Below are positions 1 through 12,400 of a DNA stretch of 64,000 bases, one piece after another. Position 1 is the first letter of the stretch; each line of letters starts with the position of its first letter. Location: the NCBI GenBank assembly GCA_043228905.1, contig JBHGNT010000004.1:4588001-4652000 (forward strand). The letters run 5' to 3'. A program made the translations under genes and the position numbers. Under the pieces are notes generated by a model. It made no database searches, had not been told where the DNA came from, and was given only the letters and a program-made list of their open reading frames with translations. Source of the DNA: Azolla caroliniana (lineage: Eukaryota; Plantae; Polypodiophyta).

Positions 1-1934
1 GGTTTCTTGAGGACAATGACGCTGGATTCGTCGTGGACGAGGGACGAGACCAACCGGATCCTGAAGAAAGCATACTAATTCTTTCTCCGGGACAGATACT
101 TATGGAAGCACCCGAAGAAGAGGAACGACGTCCCACTCCGGGTGGTGGCGATGAAGGAAGAACAGGAGGAGCTGCTGACGGCCTACCACGACAGCCCTTG
201 TGCTGGACACCGTGGAACGTGGGCCACGTTCGAGAAGATAAAGGGGAAGTACTGGTGGCCGGGACTGTACCGGGACGTGCATCGGTTCGTGACAACTTGC
301 GAGGGCTGTCAGATGCACTCCGTAGTCCGACATCGGGACGAGCTTCACCCTACGTACCCTCCGACCATCCACTTCAAATGGATGGTAGACCTGGTGACGA
401 TGCCGATGGGAGTAGGACAGATGCGGTATCTGGTCCTGGCTCGGGAAGATCTAACGAACCAGGTGGAAGGCCGAGCCCTTCAGAACAAAACAACCGTGGT
501 CGTATGTCGGTTCTTGATTGAGGACGTGATATGCCGGTACGGGTGCGTCGGGAAGATCGTGGCTGATCGTGGGGAGTTGGACGCCGAAGAGGCCAAGGAG
601 CTGTTCGACCGGCTAGGAGTCAAGCTCTCGCTTACCACTGCGTACAATCCGGAGGCGAATGGAAAGGTGGAGCACGGTCACGGACCGATCGTCAAGGCGT
701 TAGTTCGGGCATGCGGAGGTCAAGTCGGGAACTGGCCGCGGCTGCTGCCTTACGCGCTGTGGGCTGACCGAACTACGCACAGTTCGGTAACCGGATTCAT
801 GCCGGCAGAGCTCATGTTTGGGCAGAAGCCGATCATGCCGAAGGAACGTACGATCTTCTCATGGGCAACCGTGGACTGGAGAGACGAGATGAGCCAGGAG
901 GAACTATTGGCGGCGCGCATACGTCAGCTCGAGCGAAGGCCGGAGGACGTGGAGCAGGCTGCGGGAAAGCTTCGGGATGCAAGGATGAGGAACAAAACCC
1001 GGTTCGACCGAACGCACCGGCTCCGACCGGAGAAGATCGAGGAAGGCGACTGGGTGCTAGTCTACGACAGCAGCCTCGACAACCAGCACCGAGCGACACG
1101 GAAAACGGGCCTTACGTAGTACAAAGCGCCAACGACAACGGGACGTACCATCTGGCGGAACTCGACGGCATGAGAATGGCGATACGGGTAGCTGGGAAGC
1201 GGATCAAAGCGTTCAAGAAGCGTCACGACGACGAGCCGGATCCGGTTAACCTGGACCGCGACGATGAACGATCCGAAACCGAGGAACAACCGACGGGCGG
1301 GGAATGAAGGCTGGACGGGTTTTCTCTGTCCCAACTCAATTTTGGCGCATGCCGGTGGATGCGTGGTTAGGTGGGGGCGGATGTCGTGAAGAAAACCGTC
1401 CACAAGCGGAATCGGTGTACTGGAGCGTAGGAACCGGCTCTTCATGCACGTACGCCTTATGTTGTACATAGAAGATCCTAGGTAGGTAGATTCGGTAGGT
1501 AGGAAGTTAATGGGAAACGGCTCCTTCCTTGCCTATAAAAGGAGGGAGACGAGGAGGGGGGAAGGGTTCGCGGTTAGAGAGGACGAAGTGCTGTCGGGTT
1601 GTCGGCCAAAGGCTTTTCTCTCTTTCAAAACTCCATAGCTTCTTTCTGTGCAGGTTTCGGGAGGCATCGGCATCTGTGCGTTTCTGTTCGCCGGCCTGTT
1701 CGGTTGTAACCGACTTCGTGCTTCTTGTTGTTTGTCCTTGTTAATATATATATACATACATTCGTGTCTCTCTGCGTCGGTGTCCCACTCGCGTCTTTGT
1801 GTCGAGGGCCGTGTCCCTGAGAATCTGCGCTCGCACGTAGTGGGTCTCTTCCCTTCTCCTCTCTCTCTTGCTTTTCGGTGCAAGACCCCCGAGGTCCCGC
1901 CTCATTTCACGCATCCGCGAGGAAAACCTCGACA
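1..1934 (+). mobile_element. 3' part of Ty3/Gypsy LTR retrotransposon (integrase, PPT, 3' LTR 1382-1934), nested in a Copia element
   Basis: ORF 142-1119 has the integrase HHCC finger (HDSPCAGH...CEGC) and core (DLV...DRG...NGKVE). A frameshifted GPY tail runs to 1307. PPT TTAGGTGGGGGCGGA precedes an LTR bounded by TGTCG(1382)...CGACA(1934) with TATAAAA near 1534. Copia integrase sequence resumes at 1935. Confidence 0.93.
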
Positions 1935-4900
1935 CCGGATCGGAGACAAGGTGTCATCACATGAGCTGTATTTCGGGCGGAAGTCGAATTTGAGACACCT
2001 TCAGATATTCGGTAGCATAACATATGTGCATGTACCGGATGAGAAGCCGAAGAACCTAGATCTGAAGTCGGAGAAATGCATCCTAGTCGGCTACTCGCAT
2101 GAGCAGAAGGGGTATAAGTGCTATAACCCCCGGACTAAGCATGTCTGAGTAAGTCGAGATGTCGAGTTTGATGAGACGGCACCATGGTACTCCTTACCGA
2201 CTCCAACTCCCAACGAAGACCCAAGTAGAAGATGAAGACTTCGGCACTCTAGAAGAGAGTCTGATCTCATTCCGGCTCAGTGGACCGAATGAGCGGCTAA
2301 GTCGAGATGACCAGTCGGATGAAGAACCAGCGAGTAGTGGAGACTCTATCGGCAACGTTGATTCGGATCGGAGCGACTCCGACCCCGGAAAGGATGAAGA
2401 CGGATCTTCAGGAACGAAGTCTGAACCGGCCAAGAAGGGCCCCGAACCAGGTCATGACAAGTTACGCCGGTCTTCCCGCTAGAAGAACCCCGTTACGCGG
2501 TACAGATACAATGAGTACATGGCGCATCACTATGCATACATGACCAAAGTGGCGAAAGTGTGTGAGCCGGAGAGCTACACAAAAGCGGCAAAGGACACAA
2601 ATTGGCATGCTACTATGGAAGAAGAAATGTGGGCACTCGATGCCAACGACACATGGGACCTCATTGACCCTCCCCGACACTGTAAACCGATCGGTTGCAA
2701 ATGGGTGTACAAGGTAAAGTACAATGCAGACGGTTCGGTTAACCGGTATAAGGCCCGGTTAGTGGCGAAGGGATACGCACAGACCCACGGAATTGACTAT
2801 GACGAGACCTTTGCTCCGGTGGCGAAGATAACGACGTTTCGTGTGGTACTAGCAGTTGATGCGGCAAGGGGGTGGCATCTTCACCAGATGGACGTGAAGA
2901 ATGTGTCTCTTCAAGGTGACCTTGAAGAACGGGTCTATATGATCCAACCCATCAGTTTTCAATCAGAGATGAACAAATCGGTGTTGTGCCGGTTTAAGAA
3001 GTCGCTTTACGGTATGAAATAAGCCCCCCGAGCTAGGAATGCAAAGATTATGGACCGGTTGCGTAAGATTGGGTTTGTGACCTCTAAATCCAACTCATCA
3101 TTGTTCATCCGGCAAGGTCCAGACAGTCCGGTTTGCATCATGTTGATGATTTAGTCATCACCGGAACCGGACTCAATGAAATCGGTCGAGTAAAGTCTCA
3201 GCTGTCAGACGCATTTGAAATGAAGGACCTAGGGGACCTTCATTATTTTCTTGGGATCGAGGTGATCCGAACCCCCGATGGCATATTGCTCTCACAATGA
3301 CACTATGTGTTGAATATGATGTACAAGTTTGGCATGACAGAATGCCCACCTATCTCCACACCCCTTAATCGGAACCAGAAGTTGCATCCCAACTCCAGAC
3401 CGACTTGCGATGAGAAACGGTTCCGACAAATTGTCGGAAGCCTCCTATACCTAACAATCACTCAACCCGACATCAGTTGCCCAGTCGGAGTGATAAGCTA
3501 GTTCATGCAGAAGCCGACCGTCGAGCACCTTCAGTGCGCACACCAGATACTCTGGTATGTGAGCGGCACGAAGGACCGGGGACTGTTATAGCGGCATGGT
3601 ATAACTGAAGAGCTGGTCGGATACACAGATGTCGTCTAGGCTGGTGATGCATCGGATCGCCGATCTACCTCCGGTTACATGTTTTCTCTAGGTAGCGCGG
3701 TTGTTGCATGGAGCAACAAAAAGAAGCCAACAGTGGCTCTGTCGAGCATTGAGGCTAAGTACCGGGATGCTACCAATGCCACCTGTGAAGCCATCTAGCT
3801 TCAACAACTGCTATGTGACCTCCGGATAGAGGCACCGACCCCAATCCTGATGTACTATGACAACATGAGCAGCATTCGGATCGCTGAGAACCATATATTC
3901 CATGCTCGAACAAAGCACATAGAAGTGTATTATCACTTTGTTCGCAAGCGAGTCCTGAGCGGTGAAGTTGAACTTCAGTATGTTCACACGGATCAGGAGG
4001 TTGCCGACAACTTCACCAAGCCGCTAGGATTGGACAAGTTGCAACATTTTTTGGAGATGCTCGGTATTCAGCATCTTGATGTGCCACACTTGAGGGGGAG
4101 AAAAGGAAAGGGAACGGATGGCACCGGACAAAGAGCCGGAGAGGAAGAAAGAACAAACAAAGGGGGAGACAAAGGGAAAAAGGAAGTTGAGTCGACGAAG
4201 GAAATCGGCACATCCGAACAAGTCGGAACGAGCGGCAGCGGCGGCAGAGTCAAGAAGGACAAAGCCGACCGGAAGGAGAAGGCCAAGACCGGGACATGGT
4301 CTGATATGGTGAAGGGCCTGAAACCGGAAGACGAGTTGGAGAACACCGACCCAGACAAGAGCTGGAACGAATCAGGAGCGACCGATTCAAACAAGAGTTG
4401 GAACGAATTGAAGGAAACTGATTCGGTTCAAGATTCGGAGAAGCCGGATCAACTAAAGTCCAAACGGACACAGACGCAACGGAAATCGACGCCAACACGA
4501 AGGAACCGATGGGTCAACAAGCGCCGGAGACATAGCAGTGAGGGAGCTGAAATGGGCATGTTGAGCAGACAAGCCGACCGAGGAGGGTCGCGGCAAAAGG
4601 GACCGGACCGGACGAGGAGCGCGAGCAAGGCAGAGTGACGCCAGAACGAACCGGGTAGAAGGACCAGCTACCATGAACACTGACACCACGATCCGACCTC
4701 AAGTTGAGCTTGAGGGGGAGTGTTGAGCGGCAAGATCAAGCGGATCCAGATCGACTGAATAAGCCTGAGCCAGATCAGTGAGCCGGTGAGCCGGGTAGCC
4801 GGATCAGAGCGGTAACCGGAAGCCTAGTAGTAGCCTAGACTACTAGGCAATCATTGTCTCGTAGTTAGTGTCAGTCGCACGTAGGAATATTGAAGTACCT

Positions 4901-5119
4901 GTCAGTACTTCTGTCAGTCCTTATGGACTTGTATAAATTGTGTTGTTTAGCACGTTGTATGTACAGAGTTTTAGAGTAATTTGAATTAAGTGTATGTTCT
5001 GCTCTCTCTGTCTCTCCCATGCGTATTCTTTGTGTATTAAGTTCTCCATTAAACCTTTATCTTATTCTCTATTGCTACCCGACTGAGCCAGTTTTGTCTA
5101 ACGCTTCCACACATTAACA
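1935..5119 (+). mobile_element. 3' part of degenerate Ty1/Copia element (INT C-terminus, RT, RNase H, PPT, 3' LTR about 4721-5119)
   Basis: Motifs KSEKCILVGYS, PIGCKWVYKVK...YKARLVAKGYAQ..GIDYDETFAPV, LHQMDVKN and HARTKHIEV in INT-RT-RH order, with many stops and frameshifts. PPT TGAGGGGGAG is followed by TGTTGA(4721)...TTAACA(5119). LINE sequence follows. Confidence 0.92.
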
Positions 5120-7371
5120 TTCAAAGAAAATCTTAAGAGTATGCAAGTTTGGGATCAATTTGCTTTGGCTTCAAGGTTGTATATAAATTGGAGGAAGTCT
5201 CGCCTTATTTCTTTTATGGAGAGTGATTTGGAATGTTTAGGATGGCAAGGGTCAGTGATTACACGAGCTTCAATTTATCGACATTTGGGTTATCCATTGG
5301 GCATTGATGTTACAAATGTTCAATTGATTGATTGGATTGGTAGTAAATTGAGGGACAAATTTATGTATTGGAAGTCTCAATTATGGCCCTTTCATGTACC
5401 TTTCATGTACAACTCAAAGTGGTGCAATGTATCTTGATACCCATGTTATTATATTTTTTGCCTTTACTTCCTTGGACTAAGAAGGCATTACAAAGCATGT
5501 TACAACCTATTCGGTTCATGTTGTGGCGGAAGGGAGAAATGATGGGAGTTACATGGATTTCATGTATTAGAGACATGAACTAATGTAAGCATAAAATAAG
5601 GATAAAAGATAGATCTAGATAGAAAGGAGAGAGAGAAAGAAGGGTGTCGATCCACCCGACCACCCCCGAGCGAAGGGATCGAGACGGACTCGAGCCTCGA
5701 TCAACGTCCCATACCACCGTCGTGGCATCGAGTCGTACCTGGTGCTGGCGCGCTCGCTACAAGAGTTGACCCACCACAAGAACAGAGTCTCGACGGAGTC
5801 AAAAGAAGATGAAATGAGGGTAGCTAGGCCTCTTATTTATAGCGATACCCAAGGCCCCTAGGCAAGTTCACACTTGGATTAAAAGAAATCCCGAGGGTTG
5901 TCTCAATCCCGAGGATTAAAAGAAATCCTCCCCTTCTTTACACTCTCGTTTAACCCTCACACTTATCCATGTGTATAGAATACTACGGTAAATTCTCACC
6001 ACAGGATATTATATGGTCATGCCCATAACATCATGGGACCATTTGGCTACTCCTAAAAGGTTAGGTGGTGCAGCAATATTGGATTTGGAAAGGCATTTGA
6101 TGGCTCGTAGGTTTACATTATTACGTGATATATGTCAACAAGATCAACCATGGATATCTATGATGCAATATTTTATTGGGCATGAAGGATTGATGCATGG
6201 GAAAACAAAGATTCAAGCATCATGGTGGTCACTACTGAATGGAAGTATTCCTCCAAAGATTCGAAATTTTGTATGTGGACAACATTTGGTAAGATCGTGA
6301 CAAGATGCATTATCTCTTTTTGAATGGGGGCCATCAAGTGATTGAGAATATTGTAATTCATTACAAAATGAATTGCTTGTTTCTTCTCGAGTGTTGTTTT
6401 GGCATGGGGAAGAGAAGTTGAGATCTCAATTCAATTGTTTATTTCAATTGGGGATTGTACATTTGGAAGATGTGGTTGATAATGAATCTCAAAGGTTGTC
6501 GCATTTTGAAGATGCCAAGAGATGGTTATGTATTCCGCCAAATTATGGATTTATTTGGGAGAAATTACATGATATACCATTGTTGCAAGGATCATTGCCA
6601 TTGAAAACCAATTTTGCACCTTGGGTAGATTGGCGGTACAAGATGGTACACGCTTGTTACATGTCACTACAAATATATTGTATCATCATGCGATGGCATC
6701 ATTATCTTCGCTATCTCCTAAAGCAACGAAGTTGTGGAATGTATATAAGTCAGATGCAAGGTGGTGGAAAATATTACAACATGGTTGGTATTCCCATCTA
6801 CCATTTTGTGCAAAGGTATTCATATGGAGAGTCATGATTGGTGGCCTCCCATTAGGTTCAGACTTAAAGAGACGAGGACTAGGGTCTGGCACTTGTTTCT
6901 TTTGCACCGTTCCATTGGAGGATAGTACACATAGGTTCATTAAATGTCCTATAGCGTGTACCATTTGGAAGTGCTTATCGGACATTTGGCAAGTTTTTAA
7001 CCCGTTGTTGTTTAAGACCTCAACAATGGGTTTTTTCTCAATATGTTCAAAATGGATCAAATGATGAGATGGAGATATTGTTCCAATTTTTACGTTATTG
7101 GGGTCTACAACACAATTGGAATATGCGTAATGCTTTCATGTTTGATAATAGACATGGGGTGAAAGCCTATATAAAGAAGCTTAAAGGTATTCTCATATGG
7201 AATTTTTGGATCTTAGAGCATGTGGGGATCATTTCCTCAAATGCATATTCAGGTTTTTTAGTAGCATTACAAAACGTCCCTCTCCCTACATATATGATAA
7301 GTAGAGGAGACTAAGAAGTGTTGTAACTAACTGGATTTTACATACAATTAACATAATTGTGTGCTTTTACC

Positions 7372-7372
<1 letters not shown>
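5120..7372 (+). mobile_element. Degenerate L1/Tx1-type LINE ORF2 (RT C-terminal half to zf-RVT)
   Basis: Fragments INWRKS, YRHLGYPLG and GVTWISWDHLATPKRLGG (split by the solo LTR), then KVFIWRVMIGGLP...CFFC...H.FIKC zinc motif. Confidence 0.85.
5565..6030 (-). mobile_element. Solo LTR inserted in LINE ORF2
   Basis: 5-bp TSD TCATG at 5560-5564 and 6031-6035. Termini TATTAG...ATAACA. TATAAATA on the minus strand near 5835. Removing it restores LINE frame TWIS-WDHL. Confidence 0.85.

Positions 7373-7373
<1 letters not shown>

Positions 7374-7410
<37 letters not shown>
7374..7410. repeat. (GA)n microsatellite
   Basis: Direct observation; a similar run lies at about 17287-17335. Confidence 0.95.
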
Positions 7411-7412
<2 letters not shown>

Positions 7413-8988
7413 TAGATTTCCCAATGGAAACCAAGAGGTCATGGGTTCAACCCCTACATTCCATAGTGGCATCTAGTGAATTAAGATAAATTAATAGATA
7501 TGTATGAAGTATGTAATAGAGAGGTGAGTAAAGTTGGTTTTCGAACCCAAGACGTAGTGACTTGTAGTGTAAAAACTTACCAAAAAGGTAAGCTAATTAT
7601 TATAAGAGAGAGAGAGAGAGAGATACATTTGTATTGTAGCACCTTAGAAGGTTGCCCTTGCCACATCGCTACTTTTGAAGTAGTTTTTTTTTCCAAAAAA
7701 AAACTCCTTCCATTAGTTATAAAATTTTACAGATGAGATTAGTATATACAAATCCCTGTAGGGACACGATAGGTCCATCTTATGTGGATGCCCACCAACT
7801 TAATAAAGGGGGAGGACGACCATTGTTGCATGAAGGCTAGTCGTTGTCTTTCAACTCCATCGAAGTTACCCTTGAGGCCATCATATTGGCTCTTTAGAGT
7901 GGCTACCACTTCACTCCATGTCTCTTGCATTAACACTATTGGTTGCATGGTTTGGTTGGAGAAGACCCGTCTACACCGTTGTTTCCATAGAATCCAAAGA
8001 GTTATTGGGCTGACCAATTCCAACACAACTTGAGATTTGGCATTGATAGGAGTTGAGTGGACATTGTCGATGGTGGAGAAAAAAACCTCTTGTGCTTTTA
8101 TAACCAAAGTCATCCCCTCTTCTTCCTTCTCATATCTGTCAACTGGGGCCTGCCATGATAGCCAACATACATTCCCCCACTTGATTGAGCCTTGCACCTA
8201 GCATAATTGCAATAAGCAGCCACCCCCCCCCCCCCCCCCCCCCCCCCCGCCATATTCGATGGGACTCTGGGCAGTCCCATAGAGCGTGTCATATTGATTC
8301 TACTACAATTGGACACACTACACAATTAGTTGAGTTGAGGTTCCCACGCTGCCATGCACCAACCAGTAGTGACTTATGTATTAACAACCATTGGAAAGTG
8401 GTGATTCGCCTCGCGTGTTGTTGTTTCCAGAGTTTCTGCCAAAACTTGGTGATAATTGTGTTAGGAACATGGTATGTTTTCCAGACCTTTGCAGCAGCCG
8501 GATCTCGGGCAGATTGAGTGGCTATAATATGGCGACCCAATCTAGTTGTGAATTGAAAGAAAGGGATAGGTTTACTTCCTTGCCCTACGTAAGGATCACA
8601 CCATGTCCATTGCAAAGGGTCCCAACTAACCTTATGTAGGCATGTGTTTTCATGAGTACATATGTGCCAATCTGGTTGTACTTTGATCGGATCAGGATCT
8701 ACAATCCAATTATGCCCAGTATAAGCTAGTTACACTCGAATTGCCTTACGCTGTGTTGATGCCTCTTTGTCCTTCAATTCAAAGCCTTCGATCCTATACG
8801 GTGTGTCCCTACCTCTTGGGAGCAAAGAGCCCTCCTCCTTGTAGCCTATCCATTTCTTAGTTATCATCCTTTGATGAGCAGCTTCCCTAATCAGTAGAGC
8901 GTTAATGATTTCAAATCTCATAGCCCATCCGCCCCTGATTCCATGGAGGATGTTGGCCTGGTCTTGCATTGGCAATGACATAAACCGT

Positions 8989-9428
8989 TGTCGTGAAGAA
9001 TTTCGGCCAGAGGCGAAAACCGGGAAACATTGGCTACATCGACGGGGTGCAGCGTGTGTGCTCACCCTTGTACATTTAGCGTGAATAACGAGGGCGCCTT
9101 TATGACGCCGAAGAGTAGACAAGTCGGGACAGATGACCCCATGTAAGTCGGGATTTATCCCACATTGTAACGCATCCCTCTCCTTGTTCTATAAAAGGAA
9201 GGGAGCGCCCTTTGTGAGGGGGTTGCCCATTTTGCGTTAGAGGGTATACCGTTAGATTTAGGGTTAATGACATTTCTTCTTCTTCTTCTTCTTCTTCTTC
9301 TTCTTCTTCTTCTTCTTCTCTGTTATATATATACATTTGCGTCGGTCTGTGTATATTCGCGTCTCTGTTGGTGTCGGGTGCTTCCCCTTTCTTGCGTTTC
9401 CTGTACATAAGGGTGTGAGTCGGGTCGG

Positions 9429-9478
<50 letters not shown>

Positions 9479-12400
9479 CGTGCGTGCGTGTGCGTGAGTC
9501 GGTGTCGAGCGCGCACTCCCTCTCCTTCTCTCTCTCCCTTCAGTTGCTTCCAGTGTGCTTCTGGGGTGCCCCAGAAACGGTGAAGTACGACTTCCTACGC
9601 TCCGTCACTCCCTAGTCCAAGACCCCCATGGTCCCACCTTTCTCCACGCACACGCGTAACAACACGACATCTTTGGTGAACCCGACATGAAAGGTGGCAA
9701 GGGAGGATGGAGTCGGAAGACGACGCCCTCGCGGAGATGGTGGCCGAAGTGGTGTTGGAGTCGGCACGAGTAGTTATGAGGCGAGAAGCAGCCCAACAAG
9801 CGGTTGAGCGAGTGGTCGAAAGAGTCGGTTGTTTCAGCGGGGACAGAGTCCCATCTTACTTGGAAGCCTACAATACGGAAATGGAGGAGCACGGCATAGA
9901 CGAGGCATTGAGGCTGGAGTTCTTCTGTCAGGTCGTAGCTGTTCGGATGCATGCGGAAGTAAAGGAGCTCCGTGAGGCTCATAGTTCGTGGGAGGCCTTC
10001 GAAGAGGCGCTCTTGAAGGCATACGGAGGACGGCGGAAGAGCCGGGGACGACACGACTTCGACCAGTGGGTAGCATCGGCAAAGACCCACCGGGGCGCGG
10101 CCAAGGCGTTCCGAGAGTTTGAGCGACGGCTTGCTCGGCTCCCGGAGCGGGAACAAGGTTTGGTGGGGGCGGACAAGGTCCTATTGTTCGTCAGGTCGAT
10201 CGACCGAGCGGAACGGGAGGTCATCGGGATTGAGCTCGAAGACGATGACGAGGCAAATGGGCTTACGGAGGACTGGTCGAAGGTCGGAAGGGTGTGCCAA
10301 TGGCTAGACGATGAGCGAGCCGAGAAGGCTAAGAGGAGGGCGCGCGACGGCGTGCCATCACAGCGGGAAGAGGCCGAACGGAAAAGGGAGCTGGCAAGGG
10401 TCGGCGTTGGGGTCAGGATTGCGGAGGCGTACGTAGCTCTCGAGGTGATGCTCGAGGAAGAGGGAAGATCGAGGCCCCAAGCCGAGACCGAGGAGACGGA
10501 CTTGCCCCACGCGACGGCGGAAGATCGGTACCACGGTACCACGGGAGAGGGTGCAGAACAAAATGCCCTCTCGACTTGCAGAGATAGAACGGCCAAGGAC
10601 GAGGCCGAGATACAGATCGCGGAACCGGATAGTTGGGACCAGCGGTTTCGGGCGTGTTAGCCCGAAACCCCGGAAATCGGAGAAGCAAGCCCAATCGGGG
10701 CTTGCGCGATCGGTAAGAAGACGACCGCCGACCACGAAGAGTCGGTGGCTACGGACAAGGGCGTAAAACGGACGGGCGATTCTTTGTGTCTTCCCACACT
10801 TGCTCCCGAGACGATGGCAGTCGAGCCCGAGTGCCCACGTGAGTCCCAAGCGGAGGAAGGCGGTGGCGAAAGACCAAGAATCACCGACGAGACGATACGG
10901 GGAAGGAGCGGACGAAAGCCCACGGACCCGATTCCGGAGAACTCGGCATTCGGGCCCGTATGCCCATGTAAGACCGAGGAGATGGATGGTAGTACCGAGG
11001 AGTCCTGGCACGATGTCAGCAAAGATGGATGGGGGATGGCCAACAAAAGGGTCGACGAGGAGACCAAGGAACGACCCGACCGGGGACCGAACCACGTGAC
11101 GCTCTGATACGGGTGGAGCGTGATCCGGTCGTGGATTGTTTGATCGGGACCGGATTCGGCATAAAGGTGCCGATACGAGAGAGGGTGCGGGATGGGCCGC
11201 CCTCTTTTACATGGGGAGAAAGACCGATCGGGCGAAGGTCGAGAGTTGGAAGGAGGGTGAGCAAAGGTTCGAAACGAGTCTGGCAAGGTCGGCATCGGAG
11301 CCGAAACTCCGGACATTAGAGAATCAAGCTTAGGTGGGGCTTGATTGATCACAGAGTGGATGTTATCCACCGACACCACTAAAAGGGGTGGTGGTCCGGA
11401 CGAGTCGCCGAAAGAAGTTACAAAACCGGTAACCCCACGTCCTATCCGGAGACTTCGGCAGTTCGGCCCGACGTGGCAACGTGAGACCGAAAGAGATGGA
11501 GGAAGGAGGCGGGAACGCAGAAAGGAGAGCGACGACGACTTCGGGAGAAGTACAAGAGAATGAAAGCCGGTCCTATGGAGTTCCTTACACCGATCCGGCG
11601 GCCGGCCCGAGTGCCGGCGTGAGTCCTATAGGAGAGATCGGTGGCGACAGGAGAACGGGACCCGACAATACGGAGAAGGACGAACGGACCCAGACGAGAA
11701 CCGGGTGGAGCGGACTCCCGGATGACCATTCCGGGAGGGAGGAAGAGAGCAGGCCGAGGAGAGGCCGAGGAGACGGTACGTCGGTACCACGGGAGAGGTT
11801 GCGGAACAAAACGCCCTCTCGGCATGCGGAAAAGGACGACCCGGGACAGGGTCAGGAAGACAAATCGGAGGCCCAAGGAGGATCCTTCACACCGGTTTTA
11901 GAGACTTCGGCAGTCGGCAACGCGGCCGACGTAAGACCAAGATACTGACGGTGGCGGCGAGGTGACGAAGGAAAAGGGCTACGGATGGGCGGTCTACGGA
12001 GATCCTCACACCGATCCGACGGTCGGCCCGAGAGCCGGCGTGAGTCCTATAGGAAGGGACGGTGGCGGCAGGTGAACGTGACCAACAGAAGAGAATGGCG
12101 AAGGGAGCGGAGCAGCTGTGACCTTACACGCACCGATTCTAGAGACTCCGGCAGCCAACGACAAGGGGAGGCGTGAGACCTAGAGTAAGGGATGGTGGCG
12201 GCGGTAAGGCGGGCAAACGAAGCCAGAAAGGGGAGGTCCCACAAAGATCCTCACACCGATCCGGCTGTCGGCCCGAGTGCCGGCGTATGTCCTATAGGAG
12301 AGGACGGTGGCGGCAGGTGAACGTGACCGGACAACGGAAGCAGAGAAAGAAGGTATCAGGCCGGCGGGGCGGCTACGAACCGAATCAAACCTTCCGACAA

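Noticed and set aside
8224-8248. Poly-C run as a functional G-quadruplex or poly-Gly coding tract
   Set aside because: Homopolymer expansion within a dead LINE; similar runs at about 14193 and 49841 have lengths unreliable in assemblies.
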